From assembly GCF_006345805.1 (NCBI RefSeq), contig NC_043003.1, positions 28,768,001 through 28,832,000 of the forward strand: 64,000 nt of DNA. The letters run 5' to 3'. The number at the start of each line of letters is the position of its first letter. Position 1 is the stretch's first letter. A model generated the notes under the pieces. The model did not search any database. It was not told where the DNA came from and saw only the letters and a program-made list of their open reading frames with translations. Source of the stretch: Octopus sinensis (taxonomy: Eukaryota). A program made the translations under genes and the position numbers. This document shows, piece after piece, positions 11,940 through 23,958 of this stretch.

Positions 11940-12900
11940 AGCTATTATTGTTAAAGTGATGGTGGTAGTGGTGATGATGTCGTTGCTAATTTTGTTGCTC
12001 GCAGTGGTGATGGTGGTGGCGGTGGTGGTCGTGGTGGTGGAAGTTGTTGATGCTATCGTTGCTATTGTAGTGATGGTGTCGGCCGAAGTTGTTGTTATCG
12101 TGTTGTCGTGAATGTGCAGGTTTTAAGGATTGTTTTTATGGTGGTGGTGGATCTGATGTTGATGTGGTTGCAGTTGCATTGGCGGTGATAGTATTTGTAG
12201 TTGTTGTTACTGTGGTAGTTGTGATCAACCCCCCACCTCCACCCACCCACCTAAGCTCCTCGTGGAGCTTAGATGTTTTTGCTGAATAAACACTCACAAT
12301 ACCCAGCCTGGGAATCAAAACCGCGTTCTTACGACCGCGAGTCCGCTTCCCTAATCACTAGCCCACTGCGCCTCCACACATGTTGTAGCAGTAGTAGTCG
12401 AATGATAGAATTAGTTGCATTGGCGGTGATAGTATTTGTAGTTGTTGTTACTGTGGTAGTTGTGATCAACCCCCCGCCTCCACCCACTCACCTAAGCTCC
12501 TCGTGGAGCTTAGGTGTTTTTGCTGAATAAACACTCACAATGCCCGGCCTGGGAATCGAAACCGCGTTCTTACGACCGCGAGTCCGCTTCCCTAATCACT
12601 AGCCCACTGCGCCTCAACACATGTTGTAGCAGTAGTAGTCGAATGATAGAATTAGTTGTCGTTCTAGCTGTGGTTGTGAAATAGTGGTGGTGACGGTGGT
12701 GATGGCGTGTTGGTTCAAATTATTGCTGTGATGGCGATGGTTGGTTGATACGGCTATTGTACTCTCTGCAGTAGTGGTAGTGGTAGTTGATGTTGTATAG
12801 TTGTGGTAGTAGCAGTTGTGGTTGCCGTAGTGGTAATTCATGCTGCAACTGTTGCTGTTGTACTGTTGCCTATGATGGTGATGACGGTTGATATTGTTGT
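11940..12900. repeat. Degenerate (GTT/GTG/GAT)n trinucleotide region
   Basis: Direct reading; source of the poly-Val/poly-Thr pseudo-ORFs. Confidence 0.85.
12172..12653. repeat. 241-bp tandem duplication containing a family A SINE head (- strand)
   Basis: 12172-12412 vs 12413-12653, about 7 substitutions by manual comparison. Confidence 0.95.
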
Positions 12901-12946
12901 TCTTGTGAAAAAAATATCAAGAAATCATATTTGATTCTACAACAAA

Positions 12947-13196
12947 GGCGCAGGAATGGCTGTGTGGTAAGTACCTTGCTTACGAACCACATGGTTCCGG
13001 GTTCAGTCCCACTGCATGACACCATGGGCAAATGCCTTCTACTATAGCCTCGGGCCGACCAAAGCCTTGTGAGTGGATTTGGTAACTGAAAGAAGCCCGT
13101 CGTATGGGGACGTAAACAGACCACCGTCGGTGGTCAAGCGATGTTGGGGGAAAAAATCAGGCACACAAACATACACACATACACACACACGCGCGC

Positions 13197-13234
<38 letters not shown>

Positions 13235-13450
13235 TTGTGTGTCTGTGTTTGTCCCCCAAACATCGCTCGACAACCGATGCTGGTGTGTTTACATCCCCGT
13301 AACTTAGCCGTTCGGCAAAACAGACCGATAGAATAAGTACTAGGTTTACAAAGAATAAGTCCTGGGGTCAATTTGCTCGCCTTAAGGTGCTGCTCCAGCA
13401 TGGCTGCAGTCAAATGACTGAAACAAGTAAAATACTAAAGAGTAAGAGTA
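12947..13450 (+). mobile_element. tRNA-derived SINE, family D, full length, internal TA/GT microsatellite
   Basis: ggcgcaggaatggctgtgtggtaag...gggttcagtccc head; CORE-like accatgggcaaatgccttct; tail gctccagcatggctgcagtcaaatgactgaaac. Confidence 0.85.
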
Positions 13451-13619
13451 AACTGCTTTGGTTCAAGGTTTACCAGAGTACTCAGTGAATTAAAAGTAAT
13501 ATCAAAGTACGCAAAAATTCAGTGATAGAGGATGGGAAGCTAGACTTTTCGATCGTTTGTGCTTGGAATCATTATAAACGTATAAACATTTATGCACCTA
13601 TAATTGCTACGAAAAAATT

Positions 13620-13743
13620 CTTTGTAAAGAGAATATATGTATATGTGAGTCTGTATGTGTGTGTCTGTATGCGTGTGTCTCTATGTGTGTATACGTGTGT
13701 GTGAGAGTATGTATGTGTGTATGCGTGTGAGTGTGTATGTTTG

Positions 13744-13781
<38 letters not shown>

Positions 13782-13809
13782 ATATCGAGAGAGAGAGAGA
13801 GAGAGAGAG

Positions 13810-13894
<85 letters not shown>

Positions 13895-14173
13895 TGTATA
13901 TATAAAGATTTGAATATATATGCATAATAACGGTACACATAGACATACTCATATATGGACCATATCTATTTTCAGTGGTCATTTTTTTATATTACGCGGT
14001 AAGATATATTTGTGTGTGTGTTCGTGCGTGTGTGTTTGTGTGTGTGTGTTCGTGTGTGTGTGTGTGTCTCTCTCTCTCTCCACACACACACACACACATA
14101 TATATGTATGTATAGGTGTATGCTTACATGTATATATAGATGTATGTAGATTCATATACACACGTACATCATA

Positions 14174-14210
<37 letters not shown>

Positions 14211-14240
14211 TTACTTGTATGTATGCACACACAGGTACAT
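13620..14240. repeat. Compound microsatellite GT-TA-GA-GATA ... GT-CT-CA-TA
   Basis: Direct reading. Confidence 0.9.
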
Positions 14241-14944
14241 ACACACGCACACACATCAAAGGCCAGGATGAGTTCAAACGAATCGGTTGCAGTACCTCCG
14301 GTAATAAAACAGATACCTAAACTTAAACAAACAGCAATAACACAACCAACAAATACCAAATCTAAACAACAATAAATATAACACAATGTAATCTTCTGCC
14401 TAGCCAAAACAATTTTTTTTTAAATGCATAAAACATAAAGAAATACAAAAATCTAAAATGGCTGCAGAGATAAAAAAAATAACTCGAATCAAACGGCGTA
14501 ACCGCACGTGATATTAATCAAGTCTCGTGATCAAAGACGTCTGCTGAACGTGTTGGCTATAATCATCACATCCAATGAAAAGGCAGCGTCTCATACACTA
14601 TATCAATTATAGCATAAGGCTTTTATCCATTTATTTAATTATGTATGTATATACGTATGTATGCGCATATATATATGTGTGTGTATAAATATATATCATT
14701 CTCTTTCCTTCTCTCTCGCTCTCTTTCTCTCCCTCAATATATATATATATCTTATTTATTTACATTTATATTTGCTTATTTACTTTTTCATAAAAATGAT
14801 GATGTTAGTTTTTCAAAACTTTATATAACTTTATCATTTATTTCATCTTGATATAACTTTAGAAGGCCTCTTCAGATGCATAATGCCATAACACACACTC
14901 TCGCATACCCATATCTATATATGTGTGTGCATACCATCGTATGC

Positions 14945-14977
<33 letters not shown>

Positions 14978-15039
14978 TGTATGTATGCATGTATGTATGT
15001 ATGTATGTATGTATGTATGTATGTATGTATGTATGTATG

Positions 15040-15590
15040 TCAGGTCACTTTCGTGTGCTACTGGTCACATGTAACCCAGTACAACCTGTTGCATGGTCGG
15101 TTCGTCGGCGACTAAACCGGAAACCCCACCAAGCTTGCTTGGTGAGGATGGTGGTTATTGGACACCCTGCTGGATGAAAAACGAAACCCGTCAAAGGGCG
15201 GAGGAACTCTTGAGAGTCAACAACCATCCAATAAATATCTTAAGGTTGTATCATGCGCGGAGACAGAAATAATCGGACTGAATACCCGATCGCGCTGTTA
15301 AACTATTGGAAGTGAAGGACTCCTAGCCTTTGTTAGGGCATCCTTCAAGGAGTAGGTAACTCAGGTAACTGGGATAACTCCGACATAAAACCTGCGGCAC
15401 AGTGGTTACCGATAATGTTGACTTGTTCTTCTTTTCGGATTATGGCTGCTGTTGCTTAGTGAGTGGGATTGACTCAGTGCACAGCCTTTCCTCACTTAAA
15501 AAAAAAATCTTCTTGCAAAGGCATTGCACGATAACAACATTGATTAAGCTGGGTGAAATGGCCATAATCGATAACTAGAGGGCAGCCACC
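15040..15590 (+). mobile_element. Unclassified non-coding retro-element embedded in (TATG)n, possibly RTE-derived
   Basis: GC-richer block sharply bounded by (TATG)n; 3' end tggccataatcgataactagagggcagccacc loosely resembles the RTE tail at 30265-30290. Confidence 0.4.
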
Positions 15591-15829
15591 ATGTATGTAT
15601 TTATGTATGTATGTATGTATGTATGTATGTATGTTGTATGTATGATGTATGTATGTATGTATGTATGTATGTATGTTACAGAACTCAATACGTAAATGTG
15701 TAGAATATCCTTTAATGCATTCTAACCGAAAAGCTTACAAGTTGCTGTACTCTGAGTTACCCATTACTAGTGTTTCATCTGGTAATCCGAATCGGTTTTT
15801 GTTTAATCATCTATTGTTTGAAATATGCT

Positions 15830-16230
15830 CGGGCGTGGCTGCGAGGAAAGAAGTTTGCTTCCCAACCACATGGTTCTATGTTCAGTCTCACTTCGTGTCA
15901 TCTTGGGCAAGTATCTTCTACTATGGCCTCATGACGACCAAAACCATGTGAGTGGATTTAGTAGACGGAAACTGACAGAAGCCCGTCGTATGTGTGTATG
16001 TGTGGGTATCTTTGCGTCTGAGTTTGCTCTCCATCACCGCTAGACAACCGGTTTTCGTGTGCTTACGTTCCCGTGACGTTAGCGGTTTGGCAAAAGTGAC
16101 CGATGGAACATTTACCAGGCTTAAAAAACAAAAAAGTACTGGGGGTCGATTCATTCTATTGAAAGAATAATTCCTCAAGACGGTGATCTAGCATGGGTGC
16201 AGTCTAATTAATGACTGAAAGAAGTAAAAG
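15830..16230 (+). mobile_element. Family D SINE, diverged
   Basis: Colinear with 12947-13450. Confidence 0.8.
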
Positions 16231-16244
16231 ATAAAAGTTTCCGC

Positions 16245-16337
<93 letters not shown>

Positions 16338-16345
16338 CACACACA

Positions 16346-16394
<49 letters not shown>

Positions 16395-16807
16395 TCATAT
16401 ACATTCACAATCATCTACACACAGACGCGCGCGCATATATATATATATATATATATAATATATATATATGCAAGTGGTTTTGAAGGAAGTAATCGTGTTC
16501 CTTTGCCATATTTCTATAATGTAGCAATGGCCAGGCATTATGACATGGTCTGACATGCGAAAAATATATTGATTGATGAATTGACCGTGCAACGGAAAGG
16601 TAACATATGTGGGCACATATAAAATGAGGAAACTTAATGATGAAAGACGTACGCAATTATGTGGGACTCCAGAAAGGCCATAGGTACTTTTTCTTGTTGG
16701 AGTGAAACGTTGTTGGTGTGTAGCAAAATACATTTCGTCCAGTTTGGCTGATAAAGAACTGAGGAAAGACATCACAAATTGCTTGATCATATGGTCAGAG
16801 GTTTGAA

Positions 16808-17141
16808 GGCGCATGGCTCAGTGGCTAGAGCGTCGGACTCACAATCATGAGGTAGTGAGTTCGATTCCCAGACGGGGCTGTGTGTTGTGTTCTTAAGCAA
16901 GGCACTTTATTTCATGTTGCTCCAGTGCACTCAACTGTAGAAATGAGTCGCAGCATCACTGATGCCAATCTGTATTGGCCTTTGCCTTTCCCTTGGATAA
17001 CATTGGTGGCATGAAGAGGGGAAGCTGGTATGCATGGGTGACTGCTGGTCTTCCTTAAAACAACCTTGCCCGGACTTGTTCCTCTGAGGGAAACTTTCTA
17101 GGTACAATCCCATGGTCATTCATGACCGAAAGGGGTCTTTA
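16808..17141 (+). mobile_element. Family B SINE, full length
   Basis: ggcgcatggctcagtggctagagcgtcggac...gagttcgattccc head; colinear with 7763-8085. Confidence 0.9.
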
Positions 17142-17159
17142 TGGTCAGACTCTTACCAT

Positions 17160-17515
17160 CACACCAAGCCTGGAACCGCAACATCTGAGAACAGCGACAG
17201 CAGCAGTCGACTATTGAAGACCGCATTAGGCAGCGCAGGCTACGGTGGTTTGGTCACGTTTGCAGCAAGATGAACAATGGAAGACTACCACTTCAACTTT
17301 TGCAGCGGCTGAGACTCACGAACTGGAGAATTCACCGCGGCTCATCAAAGACGACATGGGCGAAACGAACTGTGGAAGACCTGAAGTCGCAGCCATTCGA
17401 CTTCGAGCATGCTAAAGCCGGCGCTATGGATCGTAAAGCTTCGAATAACATCATGACCAGCGTCCGTCATCCAAAGGCACCCATAGCAGCTAAGGATTAA
17501 AGAAGAAGATGACGT
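17160..17515 (+). pseudogene. RTE LINE 3' fragment
   Basis: IEDRIRQRRLRWFGHVC..., then ORF 17270-17500 ending PKAPIAAKD*, (GAA)n-like tail. Confidence 0.75.
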
Positions 17516-18659
17516 TTGTTCGCGAGCGCAAGCTTAAACTGTAAGTTTGGGTGAGAGGATAATCTACACTATCCAAAATGAACTTTCAGACGTGTGAGCA
17601 TGATTTGAGGAATATCTTGGCTGCTATTTCTAGATGGTTAGGTAGACATGTAATAACTTCCTTGTTGGTTCGTCACACTTGTTAGCTCGGCAATCTATTT
17701 TTATGGCATGAAAAATTTTATATATAGGTGTGAAATGTGTACGTGTGTGTGTGTGTGTGCGCGTGTGTGCGCTCCTCGTATAAAATGGCGTGTTGGATTT
17801 CCCATGCAATTTTATGACGTCACAATACTGTGACGTTATGAAGACTACAATGACGCGTATTATATACGTAGTCTTCTGGAGTTCAACACTATATCATTAT
17901 ATTGCAGAGGGAAAGGTTTTAATAGTCTATAATGACTACATTGTTTTATTTTCACACGCACACACACACACACACATACACGCACGCACACACACCACAC
18001 ACACACACACACACACACTCTCTCTCTCTCTCTCTCACGCACACACACACAAACACACACTCACACGCACAAACGCACACAAACACACACACAACACATA
18101 CACAGACACACACGCACATGCACGCACACACACACACACACATACACACACACACACACACACACGTACACACACAAACAAAACATGCACATACACTAGC
18201 AGACAGATGGTTAAGTGAAAATACTTTTCCGGTGACAAAATTCAATCAAAAGACAAAAGAAATAAAAAAAAAAACATTGCTCCCAGTTTCATATAAAATT
18301 AAGCACACAGTGTTCTTAGCGGTCAGTGATGGTCTTCCTCGGTCACTAGCAGACAACCATCATGTACACAGACACACATCATAGATATTTCTGAACACGT
18401 TCGTTAATGACATCAAAGTGTCCTTTTCGAAAATAAAGAAATTGCTTCTTTAGAAGAATTTTATAAAACAAAAAGAAAATATTGAATTTCTGTTCTTTAA
18501 ATTCGTTTTCAGAAAACTTACGAGTTAGTATTCGTTTCTCTTAGTAAAATTTTAATAAGTTAGGTTCTACACGATACTACAGACGTGTTCTCACATGGGT
18601 AGGTGTACGCTGTTTGTAGTTCCACCAGACATAAAGATATTTGCTGATCAAACTCAATG

Positions 18660-19843
18660 TACGAGAGTCAGCTGACAAGTTCATAGGTTGACGAAAATAC
18701 CCACATAGAATATGACCAAATGAAGTTTATTTTTTAACATAGTCCCCTTTGCGGTCCACACACTTCTTCCGTCGGTGTTGCAGTGCTTGGATGCCATTGG
18801 TGCAGATATTTTCATCCTGTTGGTCAAGAAAGTCATCAACAACAGATATGACATTACCATCACTGCGATACTGGCTCCTAGTGAATTTCTTTTTTTCGTG
18901 CTGGAGAACAAATAATAGTCAAATTCGGCTAAATCAGAGGAATAAGGAAGCTGCTCAACCGGTTCAAAGCCACAGTTACGCACAGCAGCCATTGAAACCA
19001 AAGGCTTTTGTGCTGGAACATTGTCCCGATGAGATTAGATCACTTTCGCCAGTTTTCTGTGTTTGCTCTACATAACGTTTCATAACTGCCTCAGTAAGTT
19101 GGCATAATAATCTCCATTGATGGTGTAGCCTTTCTGAGGATAACCAATAAACATAATTCCTTTTGCATCCCCAAAAACCTAAGGTCATCATCTTCCCTCC
19201 AGATGAAATGACTTTGACCATGGCCTTCTTTGGAGGAGGTGAGGAGGAGTGTTTCCAAAGCATAGATTATCTCTTTGTTTCTGGCTCAAAGCGATGAAGC
19301 CAACACTCATCTTGAGTTAGGAAGCATTCGAGTAAACCATTTGGATCTACCTGACACAATGTCAGATTTTCCCGTGATGTGATCTGCCTAGTGTACTTTT
19401 GATCAAGCATCCGATGTGGTACCCACAGAGCAGAAACGTTCTTCATGCCAGGTTCATTGTGCTGAATATTTTCAACTTTCTCAAGGGTAATGCTAATTGC
19501 ATTGATTACTTTATTTACAGTCAACTGCCTGTCATCCATCCCTATGCGGTGAACGATATTAAGGCTTTCCTTGGTGATGGTAGTTTCAAGACGTCCAGAC
19601 CTTGTGTCATCTTCAAAACTCTTCCATCCTTTTTAAAATTCAGTTGCCCACTTTGGCACTGTTTATAAAACTGGAACATCACCGCTAATATAGCAACCAT
19701 ATCAGGTTGCTATATCAGGGGGGGGTGCAAGCATTTTTTCTGCGGGTACTTGATTGCACGGCAATGCCAAATTTTGACCTGTTTCAAGAGAAGTCGCTAC
19801 TAGTTACGTTTAAAGCTTTCTTTGAACAGTCAGATGTCTTACA
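18660..19843 (-). mobile_element. Mariner transposon relic with frameshifted transposase
   Basis: HTH region (FEDDTRSGR), WVPH motif, TQDECW (first D), LPYSSDLAEFDYYLF (YSPDLAP-like); left end TA+cgagagtcagctgacaagttcatagg; right terminus near 19820-19843 is only a weak match. Confidence 0.85.
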
Positions 19844-19872
19844 ATTCTATATTTAAGAGATGAAGAATTATG

Positions 19873-20179
19873 TACATTATTTACAATATTTACATTCGAC
19901 GGATATTCGCTCATGGGCAAATGGCGTATTGGTTAAGAGCGCGGGCCACTAACCCCAAGATTCGGAGTTCGATTCCAAGCAGTGACCTGAACAATGATAA
20001 TAATAATAATAATAATAACAACAACAACATCGAAAAATACCTTAGGAATGACAACCCAGGTTCTAAATTTCCCCAAGACACCTGAACAAGGCTGGAGGGT
20101 ATATCAGCTGAAACGTTGTGTTAACAACAAACATAATGTGGACAACTATCCGTCGAATGTAAATAATGTAAATAATGTA
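19873..20179 (+). mobile_element. Composite element: inverted 3'-end copy, tRNA-derived head, (AAT)n, hammerhead-like tail
   Basis: 33-bp inverted termini (19873-19905/20147-20179, 32/33); A-box tggcgtattgg 19922-19932, B-box gagttcgattcc 19965-19976; hammerhead-like 20077-20122 with mutated core ctgaaca. Confidence 0.75.
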
Positions 20180-20833
20180 GTCAGAGGTCTTGTTTACTAG
20201 GAAGGAAATAATGCAGATAATAATACGAGGAGTTGAAATTAACGCATGCAAGGTTTCACAGCTGTACCTTTACTCCAACTATGAACTTTTCAGCCCACCC
20301 TCCTACTATATCAAGAGGAAACCACAGGCATCCTAATTATGAAAGCGTTAAGTTCACTACAAATAGTATATGCACAGACAATGTATGACTGTCAAACTTT
20401 CTTACCTGTAGGCTATTGTATACAATGTTGTCTATAGAAATAGACAGATAGACTTACATTGTACTTATTTTGATGTTAACACTTTTTAACTCTTTATTTT
20501 AGTATGTGCTTATTTTTCGTTGATTATATACTTGCATTTCAATAAAACAAAGCAATACCTATTATAAGAAGGCGGGTCATGTACTAGTATACATACATAC
20601 ATACATACATACATACATACATACATAATACATACATACATAATACATACATAGATACACACACATATATAAGAGAGAGAGAGAGAGAGAGAGAGAGATA
20701 GTGAGGATGTACACACCTGTAAATATGTATATATGTGTGTATATACACGCACACACACAAATATATGTATGTATATATGCATATTGTATATATATATATA
20801 ATCTATGTAATTATATATGTATATATATATATG

Positions 20834-20884
<51 letters not shown>

Positions 20885-20974
20885 ATGGATAGAGATATAG
20901 ACCTTTATACTTACGTATTATATATATATATATATATATTATATTGTATATGTATATTATATATATATATATAT

Positions 20975-21238
20975 ATAATTAGAGAAGAAGACCTCTCTTA
21001 AACAATTCAATAACGAAAGATGTTATTCACACCATATAGAAAACATATATTATAAAAACCTTATTCTAGAAAACAATAAAGTGCAATAAATAGTATATAA
21101 ATAGTAAAAAGACTACGCGCGTTTCATGGCTATATTTTGAAATCGATAATAATATTTAAATCAATTCGATTTAAAATCAAATCGATCTAAACTTAATTCT
21201 GTTGAATTGTTTAATAGAGGTTTTTTTCTCTAAATTAT
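20975..21238. mobile_element. Penelope-like foldback relic within (TA)n; about 38-bp inverted arms
   Basis: Arms 20975-21012 and 21200-21238; internal minus-strand gaaacgcgcgta resembles the 3' half of a minimal hammerhead. Confidence 0.55.
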
Positions 21239-21368
21239 ATATATATATTATATATTGTGAAATTTGATTTAAAATTGTTAAATTGAATTTTCCCTGTAAG
21301 TTTTGGAATTATATTCCCTATTATTTTATTATTATTATTATTTTATTATTATTATTATTATTATTATT

Positions 21369-21426
<58 letters not shown>

Positions 21427-21727
21427 TAAGCAGAAAATGAGAAAACCTTTGAGCAACAAACAAACAAATTTACCCACATGGTTAATTATATTTTAATACA
21501 AAACTTTAACATTGTTTACGGCAGCTTCAGCTACCAATATCAGTCGGTGCCTGCCTCCAAAGAAAATTCCGAAAATAATATTCGTCATCTTTATAGCACA
21601 TCCGATCTAGTGAATGGAGCTTCATCAGAGTGAATACAAAAACATAAAATAAAAGAAGGGAAGAGGGAAGAGGAATGAACAGAGCCTAGAGATGAGGCAA
21701 GAAGGCTCAATATATTAGAATCATACC

Positions 21728-21965
21728 TATTTCTATTTCTTTATTACCCACAAGGGGCTAAACATAGAGGGGACAAACAAAGACAGACATAGGTATTAAG
21801 TCGATTACATTGACCCCAGTGCGGAACTGGTACTTAATTTATCGACCCCGAAAGGATGAAAGGCAAAGTCGACCACGGCGGAATTTGAACTCAGAATGTA
21901 ACTGCAAACGAAATACGGCTACGCATTTCGCCGGCGTGCTAACGTTTCTGCCAACTCGCCGCCTT
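21728..21965 (-). mobile_element. Family C SINE-like monomer, full length
   Basis: Sense starts ggcggcgagttggcagaaacgttagc and ends ...gtgggtaataaagaaatagaaataggtat. Confidence 0.85.
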
Positions 21966-22563
21966 GAATTATTAGAATCATACCGTTTTGCAGTGCAAGT
22001 TGATGGGCAAAAGCGTGAACTAGCAAATAATAATCTAGTGTGCTTGCATACCCATGGCCAGGATTAACATAGGTTATTGATACCAGTAGTAAGAACGGAT
22101 ATTCTTATCCCTTAGACGGTTATTCCAGGAGCTAACTCTACTCATCTTTATATTTATATATATATATATATATATATATACAGACTTGCATGTGCATGTT
22201 TGTGCGTGTATACATATATTTGCACGTATGAGTAAGCATGCATGTAGTATTATATTTGCATCTAGTCCTACTCACAAAGTAAAGAACAATTTATACGTGT
22301 AGCAACACTAAAGATATATAAAAATATTCATTACTTTGTATGCGTTTCTGATTCGCTTTTGTGCCAGTGGATTTCCATTAGGATTTAATGTATTACCTAA
22401 GGATTCGTACACACGTTGCCGTCTTCAGATCCATTATAGTCGAAAAAATGTCTTAATCCCCTTTTCCAAATCTCCTTCAATTGATGCTATCCATTTAGGA
22501 AAGAACTTGCATATATATATATATAGATAGATAGATGGATAGATAGATAGGTAGATAGATAAG

Positions 22564-22607
<44 letters not shown>

Positions 22608-22608
22608 G

Positions 22609-22641
<33 letters not shown>

Positions 22642-22642
22642 C

Positions 22643-22673
<31 letters not shown>

Positions 22674-22679
22674 TAGATA

Positions 22680-22766
22680 GATATGTTTCTTTATTAGCCA
22701 CACAGGGCTGCACACAGAGAGAACAAATTACAAGGTAGAGCTTTTCTTTTGAAGGTTTAAAAAAAA

Positions 22767-22822
<56 letters not shown>

Positions 22823-23152
22823 GTTTCTTTATTGGCCACACAGGGCTGCACACAGATGGGACAAGTTACAAGGTAGAGCTTTTCTTTTGGGGGATGAAAA
22901 AAGGGGGTGGCGTAGGTTTTCGATCAAGAGGGATCGTAAAAGGGAAGAAAAGAACAAAAAAAAGAAAAAAGAAAAAAAATACAATAAAAAATAAAAAGAA
23001 TAAAAGAAAAAAAAGAAAGGGAAAGGAACAAAAGAAAAGAGAAATGAAAAAAGAAGAAAAAGGGGAAAAAAAGGGGAAGAGGAAAAAAAAAAGGAACGAT
23101 CAATAGGGATCGTGTATCACAGTGTTATGATATATGGTGTAAAGGGGAAAGC

Positions 23153-23223
<71 letters not shown>

Positions 23224-23560
23224 GTAGATAGATAAGTTTCTTTATTGGCCACACAGGGCTGCAAACAGATGGGACAAGTTACAAGGTAGAGCTTTTCTTT
23301 TGGGGGATGAAAAAAACAAAAAACAAAAGAAAAAAAGGGGGTGGCGTAGGTTTTCGATCAAGAGGGATCGTAAAAGGGAAGAAAAGAACAAAAAAAATAA
23401 AATAAAATAAATAAAATAAAAAATAAAAAGAATAAAAAGAAAGAAAAAAAAGAAAAGGAAAAGGAACAAAAGAAAAGAGAAATGAAAAAAGAAGAAAAGA
23501 GGGGGAAAAAGGGGAAGAGGAAAAAAAACGATCAATAGGGATCGTTAGATAGATAGATAG
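22680..23560 (-). mobile_element. Three nested/duplicated copies of a retro-element 3' end with T-rich UTR, each abutting (TATC)n
   Basis: gtttctttatt(a/g)gccacacagggctgca..caga at about 22684, 22823, 23235; purine-rich block duplicated at 22900-23115 and 23335-23545; AATAAA at the sense 3' end. Confidence 0.7.
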
Positions 23561-23729
23561 ATAGATGACAGATACATAGATAGAGAGAGAGAGATAATAG
23601 ATATGTATACATACATGTATACATACATAGATACATAGATACATACATCCATATATATGGATGTATATATATATATATATATACATATATCTATACACAT
23701 ATATAATATATATACATACATACATATAT

Positions 23730-23775
<46 letters not shown>

Positions 23776-23875
23776 TATATTGAGGGTACTACTATTCGTA
23801 GATACCAACACGCTAAGAGGGACCAATATATATATATATATATGCACATATATATATACATATATATATATTACA

Positions 23876-23911
<36 letters not shown>

Positions 23912-23912
23912 C

Positions 23913-23956
<44 letters not shown>

Positions 23957-23958
<2 letters not shown>

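Noticed and set aside
19917-19990. Possible functional tRNA gene
   Set aside because: No acceptor-stem pairing; it is the head of a multi-copy element (also at 61230-61290).
22894-23106. Lys/Arg-rich 70-aa ORF resembling a basic protein
   Set aside because: Antisense of a T-rich retro-element UTR that is duplicated at 23335-23545.
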